From assembly GCA_965250285.1 (NCBI GenBank), contig OZ252299.1:288001-352000 (forward strand): a stretch of DNA of 64,000 nucleotides. The letters are read 5' to 3'. The DNA is from Myxococcota bacterium (GTDB lineage: Bacteria > Myxococcota_A > UBA9160 > UBA4427). Shown one piece after another: positions 49,817 through 58,900 of the stretch (the stretch's first letter is position 1; each line of letters begins with the position of its first letter). Both the position numbers and the translations under genes were made by a program. A model generated the notes under the pieces. That model saw nothing but the letters and a program-made list of their open reading frames with translations. It had not been told where the DNA came from and ran no database searches.

Positions 49817-50638
49817 GTGTCCGAGACCGAACCGCATCTGCTCGTCGAGCGCCGCGAAGACGGCGTCATGATCCTCACGATGAACCGGCCGAAGCAGAAG
49901 AACGCGCTGAGCCCCGAGATGCTCGTGCGGCTCAACGAGGCGTGGCACGAGTTTCGTGACTCGAGTGACTTGCGCGTCGCGATCCTGACGGGCGCCGGGG
50001 AGACCGACTTCTGCGCCGGCGGCGATCTCAAGCTCACGATGCCGCTCATGACGGGCGCGCGTCAGCCAGAGAGCGAGTGGGATCATCGCCTGATGGGCAA
50101 CTTGAAGCAGTTCACAGACGCGATCCTGCGCGGCTTCGAACTCTACAAGCCGGTCATCGCTGCGGTGAACGGCAATGCGCTCGGCGGCGGGACCGAGATG
50201 ACGAACGCCTGCGACATTCGAGTCGCTTCGGACAACGCGGTGTTCGGTACGCCCGAAGCCAAGGTCGGGCTGTTGCCGGGGGGCGGATCGATCACGCGGC
50301 TGCCGCGCCAGATCCCGTACGCCAAGATGATGGAGATTCTGTTGATCGGCGACCCGTTCAGCGCCGAGGCCGCGCTCGAGATGGGCTTCGTCAACGCGGT
50401 CGTTCCCCGGGCACAGCTGCTCGACAAGGCACTCGATTACGCCGCTCGACTCGCCGAGAATGGGCCCCTCGCCGTCCGCAAGATCAAAGAGGGGGTCATT
50501 CGATCGAGTGGCCTGCCGATGGATCAAGCCCTCGCGATCGAAGACGAGGTGTCGGCCGTCGTGATGACTTCGAAGGACGCCCGCGAGGGGCCGCGCGCGT
50601 TCGCCGAGAAGCGCAAGCCGCACTTCATCGGCGAGTAG
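49817..50638 (+). CDS. Enoyl-CoA hydratase (EchA19-like)
   Basis: TMNRP..NAL, FCAGGDL, GGGTE, PEAKVG, EGPRAFAEKR. Confidence 0.9.
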   Translation: MSETEPHLLVERREDGVMILTMNRPKQKNALSPEMLVRLNEAWHEFRDSSDLRVAILTGAGETDFCAGGDLKLTMPLMTGARQPESEWDHRLMGNLKQFTDAILRGFELYKPVIAAVNGNALGGGTEMTNACDIRVASDNAVFGTPEAKVGLLPGGGSITRLPRQIPYAKMMEILLIGDPFSAEAALEMGFVNAVVPRAQLLDKALDYAARLAENGPLAVRKIKEGVIRSSGLPMDQALAIEDEVSAVVMTSKDAREGPRAFAEKRKPHFIGE

Positions 50639-50671
50639 GGGCGCGGGTCCCGACGCGAGGAGGTCTCGTCC

Positions 50672-51718
50672 GTGCGCAAGAAGTGGGGCCGCATCCGCGG
50701 GTACCTCGACGAGATCGAAGAAGACATGCGCATTGCCGGCGAGCGTCTGGCCGAGGCCGAGCGCCTGTCGTCCGACGCCTGGGAGAAGGCGTCCTGGCAT
50801 CGCCGCCTGCGCACACACGCCGCGGGCGAGATCGTGCGCCGCGCGCTCGACGTTCCTTTTCTCGGCGAGCTCGTGCGGCTCGCGTGGAAGGTGGGGCCCG
50901 ACCTCTCGCCCGACGCGCCGGATTTCGATGGCACGCCGTGGGTGGAGGGCGAGCGGACGCACCGATACGACGAGCCGTCCGAGACCGAGCGCGAGCCGTT
51001 CGAGGCGCCCGCGGCGGCGATTCCGGCCGAGGCCCCGGCGCGCCTGCGGGCGGCCGAACGCGCGCTCGCGCACCGCACCCGCTCGCTCGTCGTCGCCCTC
51101 GACAACCTCGTCAGCCCGCGCAACGCCTCGGCCATCGTGCGCACGGCGGACGCCCTCGGCTTGCAAGAGGTGCATGTGATCCAGCCCACCGGCCAGCACC
51201 GCATCGAGCGCACGCTGACGATGCGCTCCGAGCGCTGGGTCGACCTCACGTGGTACCGCGACACCGACGCCTTCATCGAAGCGATGCGCTCAGCGGGGCG
51301 GCGGATCCTCGTCGCCGACTTCGGCGAGGATTCGAAGCCGATCGAGACCGTGCCGCTCAGCGACCGAGTCGTGTTGGTGGTCGGGAGCGAGCAGCGCGGC
51401 GTGAGCGACGCACTGCGCGAGGCCGCCGACGGTCACTTCTTTCTGCCGACCGTCGGCTTCACTTCTTACTTCAACGTCTCGGTGGCGACGGCGATCTCGT
51501 GCTGGACCCTCGATCGTCGCATGCGTGAGGAGGGGCGGCGGTCGCCCCTCGATCCCGAGGATCGTGCCCGCGTGCGCGCGGTCTGGTACGACCGACTCGC
51601 CAAGGGCAATCCGGGTCGGGCGGCGCTGCATCGCGCGTTCCTCGACGACCCGCCCAAACCGGCGGCCGCCGTGCGCGAGAAGAATCAGCACACACCGATG
51701 GGCGACGACGAGGGCTGA
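50672..51718 (+). CDS. TrmH/SpoU family RNA methyltransferase with N-terminal extension
   Basis: LDNLVSPRNASAIVRTADALG, VGSEQRGVS, NVSVA. Confidence 0.85.
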   Translation: MRKKWGRIRGYLDEIEEDMRIAGERLAEAERLSSDAWEKASWHRRLRTHAAGEIVRRALDVPFLGELVRLAWKVGPDLSPDAPDFDGTPWVEGERTHRYDEPSETEREPFEAPAAAIPAEAPARLRAAERALAHRTRSLVVALDNLVSPRNASAIVRTADALGLQEVHVIQPTGQHRIERTLTMRSERWVDLTWYRDTDAFIEAMRSAGRRILVADFGEDSKPIETVPLSDRVVLVVGSEQRGVSDALREAADGHFFLPTVGFTSYFNVSVATAISCWTLDRRMREEGRRSPLDPEDRARVRAVWYDRLAKGNPGRAALHRAFLDDPPKPAAAVREKNQHTPMGDDEG

Positions 51719-51727
51719 CTCGTCGAC

Positions 51728-52270
51728 TCAGAAGCGGTATCGCAACGTCACGAACTGCCAGCTGAACGCCCAGTTGTTGCCCGCGTTGCGCGTGAGGATC
51801 GGGTTGAACATCACGTCACTGCCGATATAGACGTGATCGCTCACCGGGACTTCGGCGCCGAAGCCCATGTTCATCGTGAAGTCGGTCGCCTTCGCGCCGT
51901 TGATCTTCGTGTACACCAGGCCGGCGCCGCCCTGGACGAAGGGCTCGACCCGGTTGAAGCGCGTGCGCCGAAGGAAGTCGAACGAGTAGCGGATGTTCGC
52001 GGTGAAGATCAGGTTGACGGCTTCCTGGCCGAAGCCCACCTGCATCCAGGGGCCGATGGCAAAGTGCTCGGTGAGGTGGATCGGGAGGTCGAAGCCGAAC
52101 TCGTACAGTCCGTTCGACGAGCTCAGCTTCTGGAAGCCCATGTTCGCGCCCATGCTGACGGTCGGATAGGACGACTCGTCCTGTGCGCGGGCCGGCGTGG
52201 TGGCCACCGCCACGAGGGTGAGGGCGAGAAGCAACGTCCCGCCGCGGTGCACTCGTTCGATCTTCGTCAT
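51728..52270 (-). CDS. Outer-membrane beta-barrel protein
   Basis: Signal peptide (..PARA), EPFVQGGAG, MGFGAE, C-terminal LRYRF. Confidence 0.78.
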   Translation of the reverse strand: MTKIERVHRGGTLLLALTLVAVATTPARAQDESSYPTVSMGANMGFQKLSSSNGLYEFGFDLPIHLTEHFAIGPWMQVGFGQEAVNLIFTANIRYSFDFLRRTRFNRVEPFVQGGAGLVYTKINGAKATDFTMNMGFGAEVPVSDHVYIGSDVMFNPILTRNAGNNWAFSWQFVTLRYRF

Positions 52271-52299
52271 GACAGGTCCCCGTTGGAGCGGCTCGGCAT
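52267..52299 (-). CDS. Putative 10-aa leader ORF (MPSRSNGDLS) coupled to the OM barrel gene
   Basis: GGAGG-N8-ATG inside the left IR arm; its TGA overlaps the barrel ATG (ATGA). Confidence 0.3.
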   Translation of the reverse strand: MPSRSNGDLS

Positions 52300-52485
52300 C
52301 GCTTCGACCTCCGGCGCAGCCTTCGCAGCGCGCCGCATCGCGCGAAGGCGGGCGAAACATCGGAGACACGGGGGATCGCCGCAAGACGGCATCGCGACTG
52401 CGGTGCCCCGCGTCGACGAATCTGCGGGTAGAATGAGTCGGTCTGGCAGCCACGCCGGCTGCGGCGGAGGTCGAAGCGATGCCGA
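52293..52485. repeat. 29-bp inverted repeat pair flanking a 135-bp spacer
   Basis: Reverse complement of 52293-52321 matches 52457-52485 with one mismatch. Confidence 0.85.
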
Positions 52486-53471
52486 ACGTCGCCATGTGGG
52501 GCAAGGCGCTGACGGTCATGCCACGGATCGACCGAGCCGAGTGGGACGGGCTCGATCTCGTTTCGCGCTGGCTCATCGCGTCGAGGGCGGCGGTGATCAT
52601 CATGACGTTCACGTCGTCGGCGTATGCGGGCATGCTCGCGGTCAAGGACGGCGTCTTCGACGGCCTGCTCTTCACGCTCGTCACCCTCGGTCTGTGTCTC
52701 GCCCACGCCACGAACAACTTGATCAACGACCTGACGGATCACTGGAAGGGCGTCGACGAAGACAACTACTTTCGAACGCAGTATGGCCCGCAGACGGTGC
52801 AAGAGGGGTTCCTCTCCGTCCGGCAGCTGATGCTCTATGCCGCGGTGACCGGCGCGGCTGCGCTCGCGGTCGGCGTCTACCTCGTCGTCCTGCGCGGTGA
52901 GATCGTCCTCTGGCTGCTCGCGGCCGGGGCCTTCTTCGTACTCTTCTACACCTTCCCGCTCAAGTACATCGGGATGGGGGAGCCGGCCGTGCTCGTCGTG
53001 TGGGGCCCCCTCATGGTCGGTGGCGGGTACTACGTCATGTCGGGGCATTGGAGCAACGAGGTCGCCATCGCGAGTCTCGCCTACGCGCTCGGCCCGACCG
53101 CCGTGCTCTTCGGCAAGCACATCGACAAGCTCGACGCCGACCAGGCAAAGGGGATCCGGACCCTGCCGGTGATCCTCGGCGAACGCGGGTCGCGCGCGTG
53201 CGTCGTCGGCATGCTGCTCGCGCAGTTCGGGGTCGTCGGATATCTCGTGGCGACGGGCTATTTCGGCTGGCCCGTCTTGTTGTGCTTCGCGGCTGCGCCG
53301 TCGCTCCGCCGGGTGTTCTCGGTCTACGCACAGCCGCGGCCCGCCGAGGCGCCGCCGGAACTGCCCGATGGGGTGTGGCCGCTCTGGTTCGTCGCGGCGG
53401 CCTTCTGGTACACCCGGCGCTTCGGCCTGTTCTTCGTCGCCGGTCTGGTGATCGACTTGCTGATCGGCTGA
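52479..53471 (+). CDS. menA: UbiA-family prenyltransferase, MenA-like
   Basis: NLINDLTDHWKGVD, FYTFPLKYIGMGE, DQAKGIRTLPVILG. Confidence 0.8.
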   Translation: MPNVAMWGKALTVMPRIDRAEWDGLDLVSRWLIASRAAVIIMTFTSSAYAGMLAVKDGVFDGLLFTLVTLGLCLAHATNNLINDLTDHWKGVDEDNYFRTQYGPQTVQEGFLSVRQLMLYAAVTGAAALAVGVYLVVLRGEIVLWLLAAGAFFVLFYTFPLKYIGMGEPAVLVVWGPLMVGGGYYVMSGHWSNEVAIASLAYALGPTAVLFGKHIDKLDADQAKGIRTLPVILGERGSRACVVGMLLAQFGVVGYLVATGYFGWPVLLCFAAAPSLRRVFSVYAQPRPAEAPPELPDGVWPLWFVAAAFWYTRRFGLFFVAGLVIDLLIG

Positions 53472-53483
53472 GTGCGGGACGGC

Positions 53484-54485
53484 TCAGGTCAACAGCTCTT
53501 CGGCGCCGATCGACTCGGGGCCGTGGCCGTGCTTGCGTGCGCCGAGGAGCGCGGCGAGCGCCCGGGCGTTCGCCGGCGTCGGGACGGCGTGCCGCGTACC
53601 CAGATCGATGATGCGTTGGTGAAAGCGATCGGCTTCGAGCCCGAGGCGCCGGTCGTCGAGAGCACGCCAGACCGCGTTGTAGACGGGCAGGGCGCGGGCG
53701 CTGGTGCCGCCTGCCAGTGAGGCGCGCTGATATGCGGCTTCTTCGGCCAGCGTTCGATCGTTCGCGTCGCAGGGGTGTGCGTCGATGCCGGCTGCGGCGA
53801 GCACGTCTGCAGCCTCGTCGAGCAACCGCGCCTTGACCTCGACGAAAGCGCTCGTGGTGTGATCGGCGCGCTGCACGAGCGCGTTCGGTGTACTCATCAG
53901 GTTGATGCAGAGCTTCAACCATTTGTCGCGCTCGATGGCCGGCGAACGGCCGACCGAGAAGCCGGCGCGCTCGGCGGCACACGCGAGAGGCTCGAGACGC
54001 GGCCCGCACCCTCTCGGATGATCGCCGAGCACGATGCGTCCGGCGCCGTGGGTGTAGACACGCGTGTCGTCTTGCCGCGTGCAGGTCTGGCGAAACACGA
54101 GGCCCGCGACCCGGTCGGCCAGCGAAGCCACTCGGGCCTCGTTGTCGACGTCGTTCTGTGCGCAGACGAACAGCGCGTGCGGGGCGGTGCGAACGAGGTC
54201 GAAGGCTCCGCCGTCGAGCTCGGTGGTGCGCATGCACAGCACGATCGTTCCGCGGCGCGCCGCGTCGGGGAGGGCATCGGGCGACGGGACCGCCTCGACG
54301 CGCGCCGAGAAGCTCTTGTCATCGGCGAGGTCGCGCACCGTGACCCCGCGCGCGTTCAGCGCCTCGGCTGCTTCGGCGCGGCGGGTGACGACACAGACGC
54401 GCTCGCCGGCGCGTGCGAGCCGACCGCCCAGCGAGAGTCCGATCGAACCGGCACCGACGATCGTGATCACGCTCGAATCCCCCAC
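53484..54485 (-). CDS. Ketopantoate reductase family protein (ApbA/PanE)
   Basis: IVGAGSIG, AQNDV, KWLKLCIN, E...VPTPAN. Confidence 0.8.
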   Translation of the reverse strand: MGDSSVITIVGAGSIGLSLGGRLARAGERVCVVTRRAEAAEALNARGVTVRDLADDKSFSARVEAVPSPDALPDAARRGTIVLCMRTTELDGGAFDLVRTAPHALFVCAQNDVDNEARVASLADRVAGLVFRQTCTRQDDTRVYTHGAGRIVLGDHPRGCGPRLEPLACAAERAGFSVGRSPAIERDKWLKLCINLMSTPNALVQRADHTTSAFVEVKARLLDEAADVLAAAGIDAHPCDANDRTLAEEAAYQRASLAGGTSARALPVYNAVWRALDDRRLGLEADRFHQRIIDLGTRHAVPTPANARALAALLGARKHGHGPESIGAEELLT

Positions 54486-54585
54486 CCATCCAGCCGCGCA
54501 CGGTGCGGCGGGGACGGGCGGCGCGGAGCCTAGCAGCGGCGTCGCTGCGCCGGTGGTCTTCGCCGAGCGGCGATCGCGCGGCGGG

Positions 54586-55563
54586 TCAGTTGGGGCTCGC
54601 CGGCGGTGATCCGCCGAACGTGACGTTCAGCGTAAAGCTCTGGGTCGCCTTGCCGCCCATGCGATCATCGACCTCGAGCTCGATCGGATGCGCGCCCGCG
54701 TTCGCCTCGCGAGGCTGCCACGTGACCTTGCCGCCGAGTACGTCGACGTCCATCCCCGGCGGTCCCTCGATCAGCCGATACATGAACGCGCGGTCTCCAT
54801 CGGGATCCTCGGCCGTCAACTGATAGCGGAAGAACCCATCGGGCCCGATGGCGCCGGGTGTCGAGGTGATCTGCGGCTGTGCGTTGGCCACCTCGATCTC
54901 CTGGCTGCGCAGCGTGTCGCTGTCGGCGTAGCCATCCGACGCCACGACCTCGAGCACGACGCGGTCACCGCGTGAGAACTCGCCGCCGTCGATCGTCGGC
55001 CCCGACTCGAAGAGTCGGCGGCCGTTCACGTACCACGTGTACTTGAAGGTGAGCGGGTCGCCGTCGGGGTCGACCGCGTTGGGCAGGGCAGCCATGCTCT
55101 GGCCGGCAAACCAAGTGCCCGACGGCTCGAATCGAATCGACTCGATGCGCGGCTCGCCATTGCCGAGACTCACCGACGCCGTCATCGGCTGGCTCTGGGC
55201 CTGCCCGTCGTCGGCGACGACCGACACCTCGACCTTCGCGCCGCGTCCCGCGTTCTCGAGGTCGAAGCTCGGCCCCTCGCCGACCTGTCGCCCGTTGACG
55301 GACCACGTATAGCGAGCGACCGCGCGATCACCGTCGGCGTCGCTGACCTTCACCTGCGCCTGCACGGTGTCGGAAGCCGTCGGTGCGCTCGGCGTGATCG
55401 TGACGCGTTCGACCGTGGGAGGCGTGTTGCCTGCAGCCGCCGATGCCTGCTGGGTCGGCTGCCCGGTCGGCGCGTGGGTCGCTTCGGGTGCATCGCTTCC
55501 GCACGCGACCGCGCCCATCAGCGCGGCGGCGAGCAGGGTGCCCTCGAGCTTGAATCGAAACAT
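54586..55563 (-). CDS. Lipoprotein with three tandem Ig/cadherin-like repeats
   Basis: AVAC lipobox; NxxP...D[AP]DGD...Y repeats; GPPGM...W (He_PIG-like). Confidence 0.8.
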   Translation of the reverse strand: MFRFKLEGTLLAAALMGAVACGSDAPEATHAPTGQPTQQASAAAGNTPPTVERVTITPSAPTASDTVQAQVKVSDADGDRAVARYTWSVNGRQVGEGPSFDLENAGRGAKVEVSVVADDGQAQSQPMTASVSLGNGEPRIESIRFEPSGTWFAGQSMAALPNAVDPDGDPLTFKYTWYVNGRRLFESGPTIDGGEFSRGDRVVLEVVASDGYADSDTLRSQEIEVANAQPQITSTPGAIGPDGFFRYQLTAEDPDGDRAFMYRLIEGPPGMDVDVLGGKVTWQPREANAGAHPIELEVDDRMGGKATQSFTLNVTFGGSPPASPN

Positions 55564-55630
55564 GTCTGTCCTCTCCCGAATCGGGCGATGTCGCTCCGAC
55601 ATAACCGATCGGCCCCCTCCCGAGAGAGCC

Positions 55631-55951
55631 TTAGTCTTCGATCAGTTCGTGAACTCGCAGAGTGACGACGACCGGTCTGGCGTTGGTCTCGCGCACGACG
55701 TACGTGACCTCTCGGTCGATGTGCTGGTCGAGGCGTTCGAGTGTGGTTTTCTGCCCACGGTGGTCGTACAGCTTCGTGGCCGCGTCGACGGTGTAGGGCT
55801 CGAAGTCGATCCAGACGCTCGATCCGCCCGGCTCCACGTCCGTCAGCGTCCCGGCGCTCCCGTGCTTGCCCCAGGCTGCGACCGAGAGCGGCAGCAGGAT
55901 GAGTGCGAGCAGCAGCGCGAAGCCTCCGATCGCCATCGTGTTGTTTCTCAT
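55631..55951 (-). CDS. Small secreted hypothetical protein (possible OB fold)
   Basis: Signal peptide, short beta-rich mature domain; GGAG RBS. Confidence 0.6.
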   Translation of the reverse strand: MRNNTMAIGGFALLLALILLPLSVAAWGKHGSAGTLTDVEPGGSSVWIDFEPYTVDAATKLYDHRGQKTTLERLDQHIDREVTYVVRETNARPVVVTLRVHELIED

Positions 55952-55988
55952 GGCTCGTCTCCCTTCGTGCAGCCCGGCCCGCGTGGGC

Positions 55989-58900
55989 TCAACGCTGCCG
56001 CCACGACTTGATCCGCACGCCGGCATTGTCGATCGAGCCGGGGCAGTCGTTCGTGATGCTGCCGTCGCTGGTGATCATGACGACCTTGTTGCGGCAGTCG
56101 CCCGAGTTCGAGCCGCCCTGGTTCAGGTCGCCCACCGAGATTCGGGGGCGCGTCGGAATGCCTCCGCCGACCTCGCGACGACGGTCGTTCGCCGGCACGC
56201 CCGTGCCTCCACCGAAGGTCGGGTTGCCGCACTCGATGTCGAACGAGAACACGTAGCCGGTGCCCGATGACTCACAGGCGCCGCCCGGTGCGTAGGGGTC
56301 GGGCGGGACGTACGAGCCGCTGATGACCTGGCCGAGGAAGATCACGCTGTTGGTGATGAACTTCTCGGCATCGAAGCCGCGGAAGAAGTAGCCCTCACCG
56401 CTCGCCTTGAGCGTGGTGCAGTCGGCGGGGAAGTTCGAGTCGAGGTCGTTGAGATCGCCGTCCCGCATCTGATCGGCGATCGGCAGGTACGTGGCGCCCT
56501 CGTTCTCGAGCGGGTCGCGATCCTTGATCACGTAGTAGCGGTTGTTGTTCGACGGATCGTTGTCGCCGTAGTGCGAATCGGGGCCCTTCGGGTTCGCGCG
56601 CTCGCCCGCGCCGATGGCGAGGTGGAGCACGCCCGACGCGATCGTGCCGGTCGGCGGGAAGAAGAAGCTCTGGTAGTGGACCGTCTTGTCGTACGAGCCG
56701 CCCGAGCGCTCGAGCGCCGGCTTGTCGGGCTGCGCCGCGAAGAAGAGACGGAACGGCCAGTTCGGCTGGGCCGGGTTCGCGTTGTCGCTGCCCGGCGTGT
56801 TGTTGATCGGGTCGTGGCCGATGTCGCTGATCACCCACTTCCAGATGTTGCCGCCGAGATCGGGGATGTAGATGACGTCGGCGTAGCCATCGAAGTCGAG
56901 GTCGTACACCGCGGGCGCCGAGGCGAACGCGTAGAGCATCTGCTCGAAGCCGATCTGCGTGCCGTTGATCGACGTGTTGTTCGGATCGAAGAACTTCGCG
57001 GCGAGCAGCTTGCCCGTCGTGATGTCGATCATCAGGATCGCGCGGCCCGCTTTCGCCGCCGGATCGTAGTCGGGCTCGCCCGCGTTGCTCTTGAGGTTCG
57101 GGTCGCTCTCGGGGTCGTAGCCGGCCCCGACGATCGCCACCCAGCGCTCGTGGCCCTGGGGACTACCGCCATTCACGGCGACCTTCACGCGCGTGATGAT
57201 CGGCTCGGACCACGTGAGGCCCATGTAGTCCTGGTACGTCAGGCCGCCCGGCACCGAGCCGGCGCCCGTGCACGCGGTCGCGTTGCCCTCGCACGGAAAG
57301 CTCCAGAGGGTGAGCGGATAGGCGGCCGACGCCTTGGCGGCAGCGGCGCTCTCCTGCGGCTCGGTGATGTCGAGCGCGTAGAGCATGCGGCCGCCGTTGC
57401 GCAGTCCGCCCATGATGATCGTCCGCCACTGCTGCTTGACCTGGTCGACGTAGGTCGCGGCCGGCAGCAGTCCGCCTCGGGGCAGGCCCCCCGACACGCT
57501 GCGGTAGAACCAGACGTCCGCCGCCACCGGCGGCGCGTCGACCGATTCGAGGGTGCGCGGGAAGCTGGTCTGGGTCGGCAGCTCCCAGATCTTCTGACGC
57601 ACCTCGTATGGCATGTACCCCATGATCTCTTCGCCGGTACCCGCGTCATGGCGCGGGATCGGAAGGGTCTGGGTCGAGCCAGCGTCATCGACGTACGTCG
57701 TGCGCCAGGTCCCTGCATGGAAGCCATGGAGGAAGCCGTCGTTGGCGCCGGCGTAGATCACTCGCGGTCGCTGGCGCTTGTCGAGCGCGAAGTCTCGGTA
57801 GCTCGCCGAGTTGATCGCCGAGTTCGGTGAGCCGACGACCACGGGATTCGAGTGGAAGATGTCGCCCAGGTAGACCTTGTGGGTCTGCTCCTCGTTGAGT
57901 CGCGGCGTGCAGGGGCTGCTGTCGAACTCGCAGCCCGAGATGTGCTCGACGATCGCGTCGGCGAGCGCCCCAGGCCCCGAGCCGATGGCCGTCGACGAGG
58001 CGTAGGGCTCGGCCGCCTGCACGAGCGACAGCAGCGTGCCCCCGCCGTCGACGATCTCGAGGTCGAACTCGTCCATCTCGGTCGAGTCCCAGCTCGCGGG
58101 CTTCGTGAACGGCGTCGGCGAGTTTGCCTCGACCAGGAGGTTTCGGCTGAGCGGCGCCGGCACCTCATCGGCCGCGTCCCAGTAGCCCTCGGCGAAGAGG
58201 TCGAACTGCCCACCAGCCTGGCAGGTGGGGTTCGGCACGACGTTGCCGCTCGCGCCCGTCGCGCAGTAGCCGTTCTTGTCGAGAATGTCGCCCAACGCGG
58301 TGAACTCGAAGCTCTTGAGGTGTCCCTCCCAGAGGCCCGTGTCCTCCTTCGGGAGGAAGTAGCTCGAGTAGAAGTGGTTGCCGTCGGTCGTTCGGCTCGC
58401 AGGGACCGTCGCCGAGGTGAAGGCCTGGGCCTTGTCGATCATGTCGGCGATCGCCGAGACGAGGTCGTCCTCGAGCTGGTCGGCGTCGGAGCTCTCGAAG
58501 TAGAGCCCGTTGCCGCGCTTGGCTGCGCGCTCGAGCGCCGAGCCGTAATTCAGCGAGTTGGGGTCGAGCTCGTCGCCTTCCTCGGCGTCGGGATCCTGCT
58601 GGGTCTCCATCGAGTAGCCGACGGTATAGGTGTCGATGACCTGCACACCCGGCAGATCGGGGCGGTAGTCGTAGCGGTTCATGAACAGCGCGATGTCGTC
58701 GAGCAGGTTCATGCTGCCACTGGCGGGCGCCTCGTCTCTGCCTTCGTCGGGCAGGGTACTGCCCGGGTTGTCGGGGTCGGGCATGCGGAAGTGGTCGCCG
58801 ATCAGCTCATAGAAGATGTCGTAGCCGCGATCGGTGCCGGTATCGAAGTCGACGGGCAGATTGTTGTCGGCGCCGAAGATGTCGTAGATGTCCTCGTCGC

